Shown: piece by piece, positions 15,452 through 24,257 of the stretch
How positions within the stretch are numbered: position 1 is the first letter of the stretch
Layout: each line of letters opens with the position of its first letter
Sequence record: OQ870555.1
Origin: Escherichia phage PECP14
Length of the DNA stretch: 64,000 bases
Strand: one strand, 5' to 3'
Notes under the pieces: generated by a model
Seen by the model: the letters and a program-made list of their open reading frames with translations, nothing else
The model's database searches: none
What the model was told of the DNA's origin: nothing
Made by a program: the position numbers and the translations under genes

Positions 15452-16668
15452 TGGGTTTAAAAAGCTGGATTACTGAAAAGCTAAATCCGGGTCAACGTAT
15501 TATAAGAGACATGGAACCCGTTAGTCATCGCACTAACCGTAAGCCATTTACCACTGGACAAGCCTACAGTAAGATTGAGATTCTCAACCGAACTGCTAAC
15601 ATGGTTATCGATAGTGCGGCTGAGTGTTCTTATACTGTCGGAGATAAATATAATATTGTCACGTACGCTAATGGCGTCAAGGCAAAGACTCTAGACACTC
15701 TCTTAAATGTACGACCTAATCCATTCATGGATATAAGCACATTCCGTAGACTTGTAGTCACTGACCTACTTTTTGAGGGTTGTGCATACATCTATTGGGA
15801 TGGCACAGCACTTTACCATGTCCCTGCTGCACTAATGCAAGTAGAGGCAGATGCCAATAAGTTTATCAAAAAATTCATATTTAATAACCAGATAGACTAT
15901 CGCGTAGATGAGATTATCTTTATAAAGGATAACAGTTACGTGTGTGGCACAAACTCCCAAATTTCTGGACAATCTCGTGTTGCTACAGTTATTGACTCTC
16001 TTGAGAAGCGTTCTAAAATGCTTAACTTTAAAGAGAAGTTCCTCGATAACGGCACAGTGATTGGTCTTATTCTTGAGACGGATGAAATCCTGAACAAGAA
16101 ATTGCGTGAGCGTAAACAAGAAGAATTACAACTCGATTATAATCCTAGTACTGGTCAGTCTACTGTCCTGATTCTAGATGGTGGTATGAAAGCAAAACCG
16201 TACTCCCAAATATCCTCTTTTAAAGATCTAGACTTCAAGGAAGATATCGAAGGATTTAATAAATCCATCTGTCTTGCCTTTGGTGTTCCGCAAGTGTTAC
16301 TTGATGGTGGTAATAATGCTAACATTCGACCAAACATCGAATTGTTCTATTACATGACTATCATTCCTATGCTGAACAAGCTGACTAGTTCTCTTACTTT
16401 CTTCTTTGGCTACAAGGTTACTCCTAATACTAAGGAAGTAGCTGCACTGACGCCAGATAAAGAAGCTGAGGCTAAACATTTAACCTCTTTGGTTAATAAC
16501 GGTATCATGACTGGTAACGAAGCTCGTGAAGAGCTTAACCTTGAACCTTTAGATGATGAGCAGATGAATAAGATTCGTATTCCTGCTAACGTTGCTGGTT
16601 CTGCAACAGGTGTATCTGGTCAAGAAGGTGGTAGACCGCAAGGCACTGCCGATGGGGATAAAGAATGA
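15451..16668 (+). CDS. portal protein (405 aa)
   Basis: Position after terminase and before protease/capsid; size typical of T5-like portals. Confidence 0.8.
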   Translation: MGLKSWITEKLNPGQRIIRDMEPVSHRTNRKPFTTGQAYSKIEILNRTANMVIDSAAECSYTVGDKYNIVTYANGVKAKTLDTLLNVRPNPFMDISTFRRLVVTDLLFEGCAYIYWDGTALYHVPAALMQVEADANKFIKKFIFNNQIDYRVDEIIFIKDNSYVCGTNSQISGQSRVATVIDSLEKRSKMLNFKEKFLDNGTVIGLILETDEILNKKLRERKQEELQLDYNPSTGQSTVLILDGGMKAKPYSQISSFKDLDFKEDIEGFNKSICLAFGVPQVLLDGGNNANIRPNIELFYYMTIIPMLNKLTSSLTFFFGYKVTPNTKEVAALTPDKEAEAKHLTSLVNNGIMTGNEAREELNLEPLDDEQMNKIRIPANVAGSATGVSGQEGGRPQGTADGDKE

Positions 16669-17147
16669 TTGATTATGATGGTCTAAAGGCCATTTTTGGT
16701 GAAAAGCTGCCAGAATCTCATATCTTCTTTGCTACGGTTGCAGCACACAAGTTCGTTCCAAACTACGCTACTCTACGTAAAGAGTTTGGAATGACCACTG
16801 CACATACCAACCGCAAGGTTTGGAATAAGTTCAAAGAAGTATACGAAGTTACTGCTCCGGTTGTTCCGGCTCTAGCTTTCACGAAGAATCTGGCTAAAAC
16901 TCTAGCTGTTGATACTGGTGCAGCAATTAATCTGGGCGTAACAGTTACTGGTGGTACTGCACCATATACTTATGCTTGGACTAAAGACGGTTCTCCACTT
17001 AGTGGTGTTACTGGCCCTAATTTCAACAAAGCTACAGCTGCTGCAGAAGATGCTGGTACTTACAAAGTTGTTGTAACGGATAGTAAATCTACTTCTATTA
17101 CTTCTAACGAGTGCGTAACAACTATCAACCCTGCGCCGGAGGCTTAA
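16665..17147 (+). CDS. capsid decoration protein with C-terminal Ig-like domain (pb10-like, 160 aa)
   Basis: C-terminal half (TGGTAPYTYAWTKDGSPLSG...GTYKVVVTD) matches an Ig-like fold pattern. Confidence 0.6.
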   Translation: MIDYDGLKAIFGEKLPESHIFFATVAAHKFVPNYATLRKEFGMTTAHTNRKVWNKFKEVYEVTAPVVPALAFTKNLAKTLAVDTGAAINLGVTVTGGTAPYTYAWTKDGSPLSGVTGPNFNKATAAAEDAGTYKVVVTDSKSTSITSNECVTTINPAPEA

Positions 17148-17150
17148 TAA

Positions 17151-17783
17151 ATGACAAATGCTGCTATTGACTATAACAAGTTAAAATCAGCACCGGTTCA
17201 TTTAGACGCTTACATTAAGTCTATTGATAGCGAATCCAAAGAGGGTGTTATAAAAATCCGTGGATTCGCTAATACAATTAGTAAAGATCGCGCTGGTGAC
17301 GTAATTCCTGCTTCGGCATGGAAAACGTCTAATGCACTTGCTAACTACATGAAAAACCCGATTATTCTTTTCGGCCACGACCATCGTCGTCCAATCGGCA
17401 AGTGTATTGATCTTAACCCTACTGAAATGGGTCTCGAAATTGAATGCGAGATTTATGAAAGTTCTGATCCAGCTATCTTCTCACTAATTAAAAACGGTGT
17501 ACTGAAAACCTTCAGTATCGGATTCCGCTGCCTAGACGCAGAATGGGATGAAGCTACTGACATATTTATTATTAAAGATTTAGAACTATACGAAGTTTCG
17601 GTAGTTTCTGTACCTTGTAATCAGGACTCAACGTTCAACCTCGCTAAGAGTATGAATGGCCACGATTACACTGAATGGCGCAAATCTTTTACTGCAACAA
17701 GTTCTAAGGCTGTCCCAGCTCAAGAACGTAATCTTTCTGAACTAGAAAAACTTGCGATAGCTTTAGGCTACGTTAAAGAATAA
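17151..17783 (+). CDS. prohead maturation protease (210 aa)
   Basis: Immediately upstream of the major capsid gene; size matches the T5 head protease. Confidence 0.7.
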   Translation: MTNAAIDYNKLKSAPVHLDAYIKSIDSESKEGVIKIRGFANTISKDRAGDVIPASAWKTSNALANYMKNPIILFGHDHRRPIGKCIDLNPTEMGLEIECEIYESSDPAIFSLIKNGVLKTFSIGFRCLDAEWDEATDIFIIKDLELYEVSVVSVPCNQDSTFNLAKSMNGHDYTEWRKSFTATSSKAVPAQERNLSELEKLAIALGYVKE

Positions 17784-17800
17784 CGGAGAATTATTTAAAA

Positions 17801-19177
17801 ATGACTATTGATATTAATAAGCTGAAGGAAGAACTTGGTCTGGGTGATCTGGCTAAATCTCTGGAAGGTCTGACTGCTGCTCAGAAAGCTGCGGAAGCTA
17901 AGCGTCTGCGTGAAGAGCAGGAAGAAAAAGAACTGGCTCGTATGAACGACCTAGTATCTAAAGCTGTTGGTGAAGACCGTAAGCGTCTGGAAGAAGCTCT
18001 GGATCTGGTTAAGAACCTGGACGAGAAGTCTAAGAAGAGCGCAGAATTGTTTGCACAGACTGTAGAAAAGCAACAGGAAACCATCGTTGGTCTTCAGGAC
18101 GAAATCAAGTCTCTGTTGGCAGCTCGTGAAGGTCGTTCCTTCGTTGGTGATAGCGTAGCTAAAGCTCTTTATGGCACTCAGGATGCTTTCGAGGATGAAG
18201 TTGAGAAACTGGTTCTTCTGTCTTATATGATGGAGAAGGACGTATTCGAAACTGAACATGGTAAGGCTCACGTTAAAGCTGTAAACGGTTCTTCTTCCGT
18301 TTCCATGTCTAGCGAAGCATACGAAACTATCTTCTCTACCCGTATTATCCGTGACCTGCAGAAGGAACTGGTAGTTGGTGCACTGTTCGATGAACTGCCA
18401 ATGTCCAGCAAAATCCTTACTATGCTCGTTGAACCAGAAGCTGGTCGCGCTACTTGGGTAGATGCTTCCAAATTCGGTACTGACGAAACTGTTGGTGACG
18501 AAGTTAAAGGTCAACTGACTGAAATCAGCTTCAAAACTTACAAGCTGGCTGCTAAGTCCTTCATCACTGATGAAACTGAAGAAGATGCAATCTTCTCCCT
18601 GCTGCCTCTGCTGCGTAAGCGTCTGATCGAAGCACACGCTGTTTCTATCGAAGAAGCTTTCATGTCCGGTAATGGTACTGGTCAGCCTAAGGGTCTGCTG
18701 AAACTGGCTGCTGATGATGGTGCTAAGGTTGTTACCGAAGCTAAAGCTGACGGTTCTGTTCTGGTAACTGCTAAGACTATCTCCAAGCTGCGTCGTAAAC
18801 TGGGCCGTCACGGTCTGAAACTGAGCAAACTGGTACTGATCGTATCTATGGATGCTTACTACGATCTGCTGGAAGATGAAGAATGGCAGGATGTTGCCCA
18901 GGTTGGTAACGATGCTGTTAAACTGCAGGGTCAGGTTGGTCGTATTTACGGTCTGCCGGTTGTAGTTTCTGAGTACTTCCCAGCTAAAGCTGCTTCCGCT
19001 GAATTCGCAGTTATTGTTTATAAAGATAACTTCGTAATGCCGCGTCAGCGTGCCGTTACTGTTGAACGTGAGCGCCAAGCTGGCAAACAGCGTGATGCAT
19101 ACTACGTTACCCAGCGTGTTAACCTGCAACGTTACTTCGAAAACGGCGTTGTATCTGGTGCTTACGCTGCATCTTAA
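17801..19177 (+). CDS. major capsid protein with N-terminal scaffolding (delta) domain (458 aa)
   Basis: Coiled-coil N-terminal about 150 aa followed by an HK97-like body; length matches T5 pb8; strong terminator downstream. Confidence 0.9.
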   Translation: MTIDINKLKEELGLGDLAKSLEGLTAAQKAAEAKRLREEQEEKELARMNDLVSKAVGEDRKRLEEALDLVKNLDEKSKKSAELFAQTVEKQQETIVGLQDEIKSLLAAREGRSFVGDSVAKALYGTQDAFEDEVEKLVLLSYMMEKDVFETEHGKAHVKAVNGSSSVSMSSEAYETIFSTRIIRDLQKELVVGALFDELPMSSKILTMLVEPEAGRATWVDASKFGTDETVGDEVKGQLTEISFKTYKLAAKSFITDETEEDAIFSLLPLLRKRLIEAHAVSIEEAFMSGNGTGQPKGLLKLAADDGAKVVTEAKADGSVLVTAKTISKLRRKLGRHGLKLSKLVLIVSMDAYYDLLEDEEWQDVAQVGNDAVKLQGQVGRIYGLPVVVSEYFPAKAASAEFAVIVYKDNFVMPRQRAVTVERERQAGKQRDAYYVTQRVNLQRYFENGVVSGAYAAS

Positions 19178-19195
19178 TACAGGCTTTTCAGCCGA

Positions 19196-19224
19196 CAAGG
19201 AGAGCTTCGGCTCTCCTTTTTTAT
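19196..19224 (+). terminator. Rho-independent terminator after the capsid gene (GGAGAGC-TTCG-GCTCTCC-TTTTTT)
   Basis: Perfect stem-loop plus T-run, followed by the conserved junction TTATTGGGAAAAATAAATG. Confidence 0.8.
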
Positions 19225-19236
19225 TGGGAAAAATAA

Positions 19237-19749
19237 ATGCAAATCATCACTGTTGAAGATTATAAACTATATGGGAATTTAAAACGTCCTGATATGGAAA
19301 CTCAGGTTGAGATGATGATTAAAGCTGCCAATACGCTGATTACAAGCCTTCTAGGTATGGATGATGCAGATGCGGTAGATCAATTAATTACCACAAAACC
19401 TAGCCGTAGGAAATATTTCCTGAGTTCTCCTTCAGCCACATCTATTACAAAGATGACTATTAACGAGAATGAAATAGACCCGGAACAGTTTAAACTGTAT
19501 CCTGATGGTGTTATTCTCCTTAAGTTTAATCCTCCTGAAGGATATATGGATGTAGAGTATACTCAAGGTGGTTTCAATCCAATGCCTGAAGATCTTAAAC
19601 TGGCAGCATGTCTGTTAGTAGATCACTGGCATAAGCAAGATTATCGTCAAGCCAAGACTATTGGTGGTGAGACAGTTACGTTTAACAATACTAAGTCTGG
19701 TATTCCAGAGCATATTCGTACAATCATCGAAGTCTACAGGAGAGTATAA
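19237..19749 (+). CDS. head completion / head-tail adaptor protein (170 aa)
   Basis: Position between capsid and tail genes; synteny only. Confidence 0.5.
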   Translation: MQIITVEDYKLYGNLKRPDMETQVEMMIKAANTLITSLLGMDDADAVDQLITTKPSRRKYFLSSPSATSITKMTINENEIDPEQFKLYPDGVILLKFNPPEGYMDVEYTQGGFNPMPEDLKLAACLLVDHWHKQDYRQAKTIGGETVTFNNTKSGIPEHIRTIIEVYRRV

Positions 19750-20516
19750 TGGCTCTTTCTGATCTAGCTAGACAAATTATTAAAGAGCAGCTAGATACTG
19801 CAGGACGATCTGAGAATAATAAGAATACTGTTGTGTATACAGTTGAGACAGGTTTGAAAGATCCTACAAGAGATGGTACAGTTGCACAGGTATCTTTCAA
19901 ATTCTCGAAACCAGTATCACAAGACTTATTAAATGTTAGGACAGCATCTATACTGAAGGCTGTTTCTTCTAACTTAGATCTTTCTGGTGATTTAGGTGCT
20001 CTAGAGAATCTAATTCAAGCAACCGCAGGTAAACGTTCCGCCGTTGGTAAAAAACGTTCTACCGGTAGAGTTCAGGTAAACTTTGGAGATCCTAGAGATA
20101 CTGAAGATGGCTATTCTGGTGCAGTAACAGGTGCTTCCGGTCGTTTCGTATCGAATAGTAACATGCGTGCTATTCTTGAGATAGTAGCTAAGGAATACTT
20201 AATCAAGGATATGAAAAAAGCAGGGGCACCATTGAAGTTCAGAACTGGTCGCTTTGCTAACTCCTTAAAGATTAAAGACGTTATGCTACGTGATGCAGAA
20301 ACTAGTAAAGGTGCTCCAGAGCTGAATGTGACATATAATTATATGGTTCGTCCTTACTCTGTATTCAACCCCGCAGTTTCTACATATCGAAGACTTTCTC
20401 TACGACCTTACCCTGGCGCTCGAAACCCTCAAAAACTTATTGGGGAAGCAATCGCAAAAGCTGCAAGAGACCTGATTCACTCTAGATATAAAATCAAGGT
20501 TAATCAAGGAACCTAG
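19749..20516 (+). CDS. putative neck / head-tail joining protein (255 aa)
   Basis: Synteny only; start overlaps the upstream stop (TAATG). Confidence 0.45.
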   Translation: MALSDLARQIIKEQLDTAGRSENNKNTVVYTVETGLKDPTRDGTVAQVSFKFSKPVSQDLLNVRTASILKAVSSNLDLSGDLGALENLIQATAGKRSAVGKKRSTGRVQVNFGDPRDTEDGYSGAVTGASGRFVSNSNMRAILEIVAKEYLIKDMKKAGAPLKFRTGRFANSLKIKDVMLRDAETSKGAPELNVTYNYMVRPYSVFNPAVSTYRRLSLRPYPGARNPQKLIGEAIAKAARDLIHSRYKIKVNQGT

Positions 20517-20519
20517 TAA

Positions 20520-21005
20520 ATGGATCACAGAACAAGTATTGCACAAGCAGTGGTTGACCGAATCGCCACACAAATGGATGGTTCACAACCTGACGAGTAT
20601 TTCAATAACCTTTATGGAAACGTTTCTCGTCAAACTTATAAATTCGAGGAAATCCGAGAATTTCCTTATGTGGCAGTCCATATCGGAACTGAAACTGGGC
20701 AGTATCTTCCTTCAGGCCAACAGTGGATATTTTTAGAACTTCCAATCCTCGTGTATGACAAAGAGAAAACAGATATTCAAGAGCAACTTGAAAAACTCGT
20801 AGCTGACATAAAAACCGTCATTGACACAGGTGGAAATTTAGAATATACTGTTAGTAAACCTAATGGATCGACCTTCCCATGTGAGGCAACTGATATGAGC
20901 ATCACCTCAGTAGCTACAGATGAGGGTCTACTGGCCCCATATGGTTTAGCGGAAATAAATGTAACAGTGAAGTATCAGCCACCTCGTAGGGCACTTCGCA
21001 GATAA
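20520..21005 (+). CDS. putative tail terminator / tail completion protein (161 aa)
   Basis: Directly upstream of the tail tube gene; synteny only. Confidence 0.5.
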   Translation: MDHRTSIAQAVVDRIATQMDGSQPDEYFNNLYGNVSRQTYKFEEIREFPYVAVHIGTETGQYLPSGQQWIFLELPILVYDKEKTDIQEQLEKLVADIKTVIDTGGNLEYTVSKPNGSTFPCEATDMSITSVATDEGLLAPYGLAEINVTVKYQPPRRALRR

Positions 21006-21031
21006 GTTACAGATTAGGAGAATATAAATAA

Positions 21032-22441
21032 ATGTCTTTACAACTATTACGTAATACTCGAATCTTCGTGTCTACGGTTAAGACTGGTCACGATAAGACC
21101 AACACGCAAGAGATTCTAGTTCAAGATGATATTTCTTGGGGTCAGGACAGTAACTCAACTGATATTACTGTTAACGAAGCTGGTCCGCGTCCAACTCGTG
21201 GTTCAAAACGTTTCAACGACTCCCTGAACGCAGCTGAGTGGAGTTTCTCTACTTACATCCTGCCTTACTTAGATAAGACTACTAGTAAGCAGATCGTTCC
21301 GGACTACATGCTGTGGCATGCTCTTTCTAGTGGTAAGCCTATCAACCTAGATGGTGATACAGGTGCACACACTAACGAAACTAACTTCATGGTTAACTTT
21401 AAGGATAACGCATACCACGAACTGGCAATGCTGCACATTTACATCCTTACCGATAAAGCATGGAGCTACATCGATTCCTGCCAGATCAACCAGGCTGAAG
21501 TAAACGTTGATATCGAAGATATCGGTCGTGTAACTTGGTCAGGTAATGGTAACCAGCTGATCCCTCTGGATGCTGCTCCATTTGATCCTGATACTGTAGG
21601 TATTGATGATGAAACTTACATGACCATCCAGGGTTCTTACATCAAGAACAAACTGACTATCCTCAAAATTAAGGATATGGATACTGGTAAGGCATATGAC
21701 ATTCCGATCACTGGTGGTAGCTTTACAATCAACAACAACATCACCTATCTGACCCCGAACGTCATGTCCCGCGTTAACATCCCAATCGGTTCATTTACTG
21801 GTGCATTCGAGTTAACTGGTTCTCTAACTGCTTATCTTAACGATAAAGCTCTAGGTTCTATGGATCTGTACAAAGATCTGATTAAGACTCTTAAAGTAGT
21901 TAACCGTTTCGAAATCGCCCTAGTACTTGGTGGTGAATATGATGATGAGCGCCCAGCTGCTGTTCTAGTTGCTAAGCAAGCTCATGTAAACATCCCAACT
22001 ATTGAGACTGACGATGTACTTGGTACTTCTGTAGAGTTCAAAGCAATTCCTACTGATCTGGATACTGGTGATGAAGGTTATCTTGGTTTCTCTAATAAGT
22101 ACACCAAAGCTACTATTGCAAATCTGATTGCAACTGGTGACGGTGGTAAAGCAGCTCCAGTAAAAGTAACAGGTATTACTGTTAAATCTGCGGGTGATGC
22201 AACTTCCGTCGAGAATAGTGCAACTCTTCAGATGACTGTAGATATTTTGCCTGCTGAAGCTACTAATAAGGAAGTAACTTGGTCTATTTCCTCCGGTACT
22301 GCTGCTACTATTGATGCAACTTCTGGTTTACTGACCGCTGATGCTTCTAAGACTGGTGCAGTTACTGTGAAAGCCGTAGCTAAAGATGGTTCTGGTGTAG
22401 AAGGTACTAAGAGCATTACAGTTACTGCTTCTGGTGGCTAA
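21032..22441 (+). CDS. major tail tube protein with C-terminal Ig-like (Big_2-type) domain (pb6-like, 469 aa)
   Basis: C-terminal about 90 aa (VKVTGITVKSAGDATSV...VTVKAVAKDGSG) has a bacterial Ig-like pattern; size and position match T5 pb6. Confidence 0.85.
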   Translation: MSLQLLRNTRIFVSTVKTGHDKTNTQEILVQDDISWGQDSNSTDITVNEAGPRPTRGSKRFNDSLNAAEWSFSTYILPYLDKTTSKQIVPDYMLWHALSSGKPINLDGDTGAHTNETNFMVNFKDNAYHELAMLHIYILTDKAWSYIDSCQINQAEVNVDIEDIGRVTWSGNGNQLIPLDAAPFDPDTVGIDDETYMTIQGSYIKNKLTILKIKDMDTGKAYDIPITGGSFTINNNITYLTPNVMSRVNIPIGSFTGAFELTGSLTAYLNDKALGSMDLYKDLIKTLKVVNRFEIALVLGGEYDDERPAAVLVAKQAHVNIPTIETDDVLGTSVEFKAIPTDLDTGDEGYLGFSNKYTKATIANLIATGDGGKAAPVKVTGITVKSAGDATSVENSATLQMTVDILPAEATNKEVTWSISSGTAATIDATSGLLTADASKTGAVTVKAVAKDGSGVEGTKSITVTASGG

Positions 22442-22445
22442 TTAA

Positions 22446-23345
22446 ATGTACTACTCTCTAATGAGGGAGTCAAAAGTTATAGTTGAGTATGATGGCAGGG
22501 CTTATCATTTTGATGCCCTGTCAAATTACGATATCAATACGTCCTATGAGGAATTTAAAACTCTTCGTAGGACTATCCATCGTAGAACCAACTATGCTGA
22601 CTCTATTATTAATGCACAAACTCCATCTTCAATATCGCTGGCTATAAATTTTAGTAATACCCTTACTGAAGCTAACTTCTTTGAATGGATGGGCTTTGAC
22701 CGAGAGGGTAACACATTCCTACTACCACTTTATAGTACAAATATTGAGCCAACAATGTTTAATATATACATAGTTAATAAAGATAATAACTGTGTGTATT
22801 TTGAGAATTGCTATGTATCTACTGTAGACTTTTCTCTAGATAAAAGCGTTCCTATTCTAAACGTAGGAATTGAATCTGGTAAGTTCTCTGAGGTGTCTAC
22901 TTTTACTCCTGCTGGTTCTATTGTTCAGGGTGAAGTTATGTCATATAGTCCTCCTAGAGTATCTACTAACAGTAACGTTTTACCGGCTCTTTTATCCGCT
23001 TCTATGTCATTCCAGCAACAATGTTCTTGGAGAGAAGATAAAAGCGTATTTGACATAAACAAAATATATAATAATAAGAGAGCTTATGTTAATGAGATGA
23101 ATGCTTCGGCAACAATTGCATTTTACTACACTAAGCGATTTGCTGGTGATATGTTTTATAATATTGAACCCGAAACTGACATACCATTAACCATCCGAAA
23201 TGAACATATTTCGATTGACTTTCCTTCAGCACGTATAACAAAACGCCTACAATTCTCGGATATATACAGAGTTGAATGGGATGTAATCCCTACTGCAGAC
23301 TCTGATCCGGTAAGAATCGACTTCTTTGGAGAAATAAAGAAATGA
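22446..23345 (+). CDS. tail protein (p140-like, 299 aa)
   Basis: Position between tail tube and chaperone/tape-measure genes. Confidence 0.45.
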   Translation: MYYSLMRESKVIVEYDGRAYHFDALSNYDINTSYEEFKTLRRTIHRRTNYADSIINAQTPSSISLAINFSNTLTEANFFEWMGFDREGNTFLLPLYSTNIEPTMFNIYIVNKDNNCVYFENCYVSTVDFSLDKSVPILNVGIESGKFSEVSTFTPAGSIVQGEVMSYSPPRVSTNSNVLPALLSASMSFQQQCSWREDKSVFDINKIYNNKRAYVNEMNASATIAFYYTKRFAGDMFYNIEPETDIPLTIRNEHISIDFPSARITKRLQFSDIYRVEWDVIPTADSDPVRIDFFGEIKK

Positions 23346-23746
23346 TCAATTTAAAAGATATTACCCTTGAAACTCGTACTATTGAGCTGGCTTACCCAGG
23401 TATGCCTAACTTCAAGCTACAACTGAACTACATGTCTCGTGCTGCATCTAAGCGTGTTATCTCTTCCGCTAAGCGTGATGAGTGGGTTAACGGTACTATG
23501 ATTCAGGTTCAGGATGATGATAAGTTTATTGAAGCTTTCGTTGATACTGCAATTGCTGGCTGGACTGGCTTGACGATTGGAGATGTTGAGAAGCTGATGC
23601 TTATCGAAACTGAGGCTGATCCTACTACTGAAGTTCCATTTAGTCGCGATAACGCTATCATGCTTATGCAGAACTCTGCTGCGTTTGATTCTTGGATCAA
23701 CCAGACAGTGTTCCACTTAGACACTTTTCGTAGCTCAAAAGCGTAA
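23342..23746 (+). CDS. putative tail assembly chaperone (134 aa)
   Basis: Small acidic protein upstream of the tape measure gene. Confidence 0.45.
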   Translation: MINLKDITLETRTIELAYPGMPNFKLQLNYMSRAASKRVISSAKRDEWVNGTMIQVQDDDKFIEAFVDTAIAGWTGLTIGDVEKLMLIETEADPTTEVPFSRDNAIMLMQNSAAFDSWINQTVFHLDTFRSSKA

Positions 23747-23807
23747 GCAGTTACTAGATGCTGTTGCCGATTTTGCAGATAAATGCATTAAATCCTCAGC
23801 ATCTAAA

Positions 23808-24176
23808 ATGACAAAACAACAATATTTAATGCTTTGTGAGTCTCTAGGTATTGAACCTGATCCTAAGGCAATGCCTGTTGAACTCGAAGATTTTCCACCT
23901 ATTGTATCTACTAGTATGAATATTTATAACAGTCTTATTGACTGTTTCATACCAGGTGACTTTCCTATCTTTATAGGAAAAGACAAAAGTGCATTAGGTG
24001 TTTTATTTGATATCTATGGGATTACTGATCCTATAGAGAAAGAGTTTGTTCTACACATCATCAATATATTTGATTCGAAAGCTGTAGATGCAGCTCGTAA
24101 GAGAGCCGAGAAGCATAGTAAACCTAATGGTCGTACCCCGAACATTAAGCCACATGCTAGATCTCGAGCTCAGTAA
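23808..24176 (+). CDS. hypothetical protein, possible second tail assembly chaperone (122 aa)
   Basis: Position only. Confidence 0.4.
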   Translation: MTKQQYLMLCESLGIEPDPKAMPVELEDFPPIVSTSMNIYNSLIDCFIPGDFPIFIGKDKSALGVLFDIYGITDPIEKEFVLHIINIFDSKAVDAARKRAEKHSKPNGRTPNIKPHARSRAQ

Positions 24177-24210
24177 AAAGTTTCCTCCAATGGGCGTTCC
24201 ACGATGAGGC

Positions 24211-24246
24211 TTGGCTCTGGGTGATTTGCCCAGAGCCTTTTTTATT
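24211..24246 (+). terminator. Terminator hairpin GGCTCTGGG-N7-CCCAGAGCC-TTTTTTATT upstream of the tape measure gene
   Basis: Perfect 9-bp stem plus T-run, followed by the same TTATTGGGAAAAATAAATG junction seen after the capsid gene. Confidence 0.7.
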
Positions 24247-24257
24247 GGGAAAAATAA

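Noticed and set aside
17951-19198. Long antisense ORF (415 aa) opposite the major capsid gene
   Set aside because: Fully antisense to a gene with a clear capsid/scaffold signature; its translation is low-complexity (Phe/Ser/Thr-rich), typical of the mirror frame.
23342-24176. Programmed -1 frameshift joining the two chaperone-like ORFs upstream of the tape measure gene
   Set aside because: The two ORFs are separated by about 60 nt with in-frame stops and no slippery heptamer was found at the end of the first ORF.
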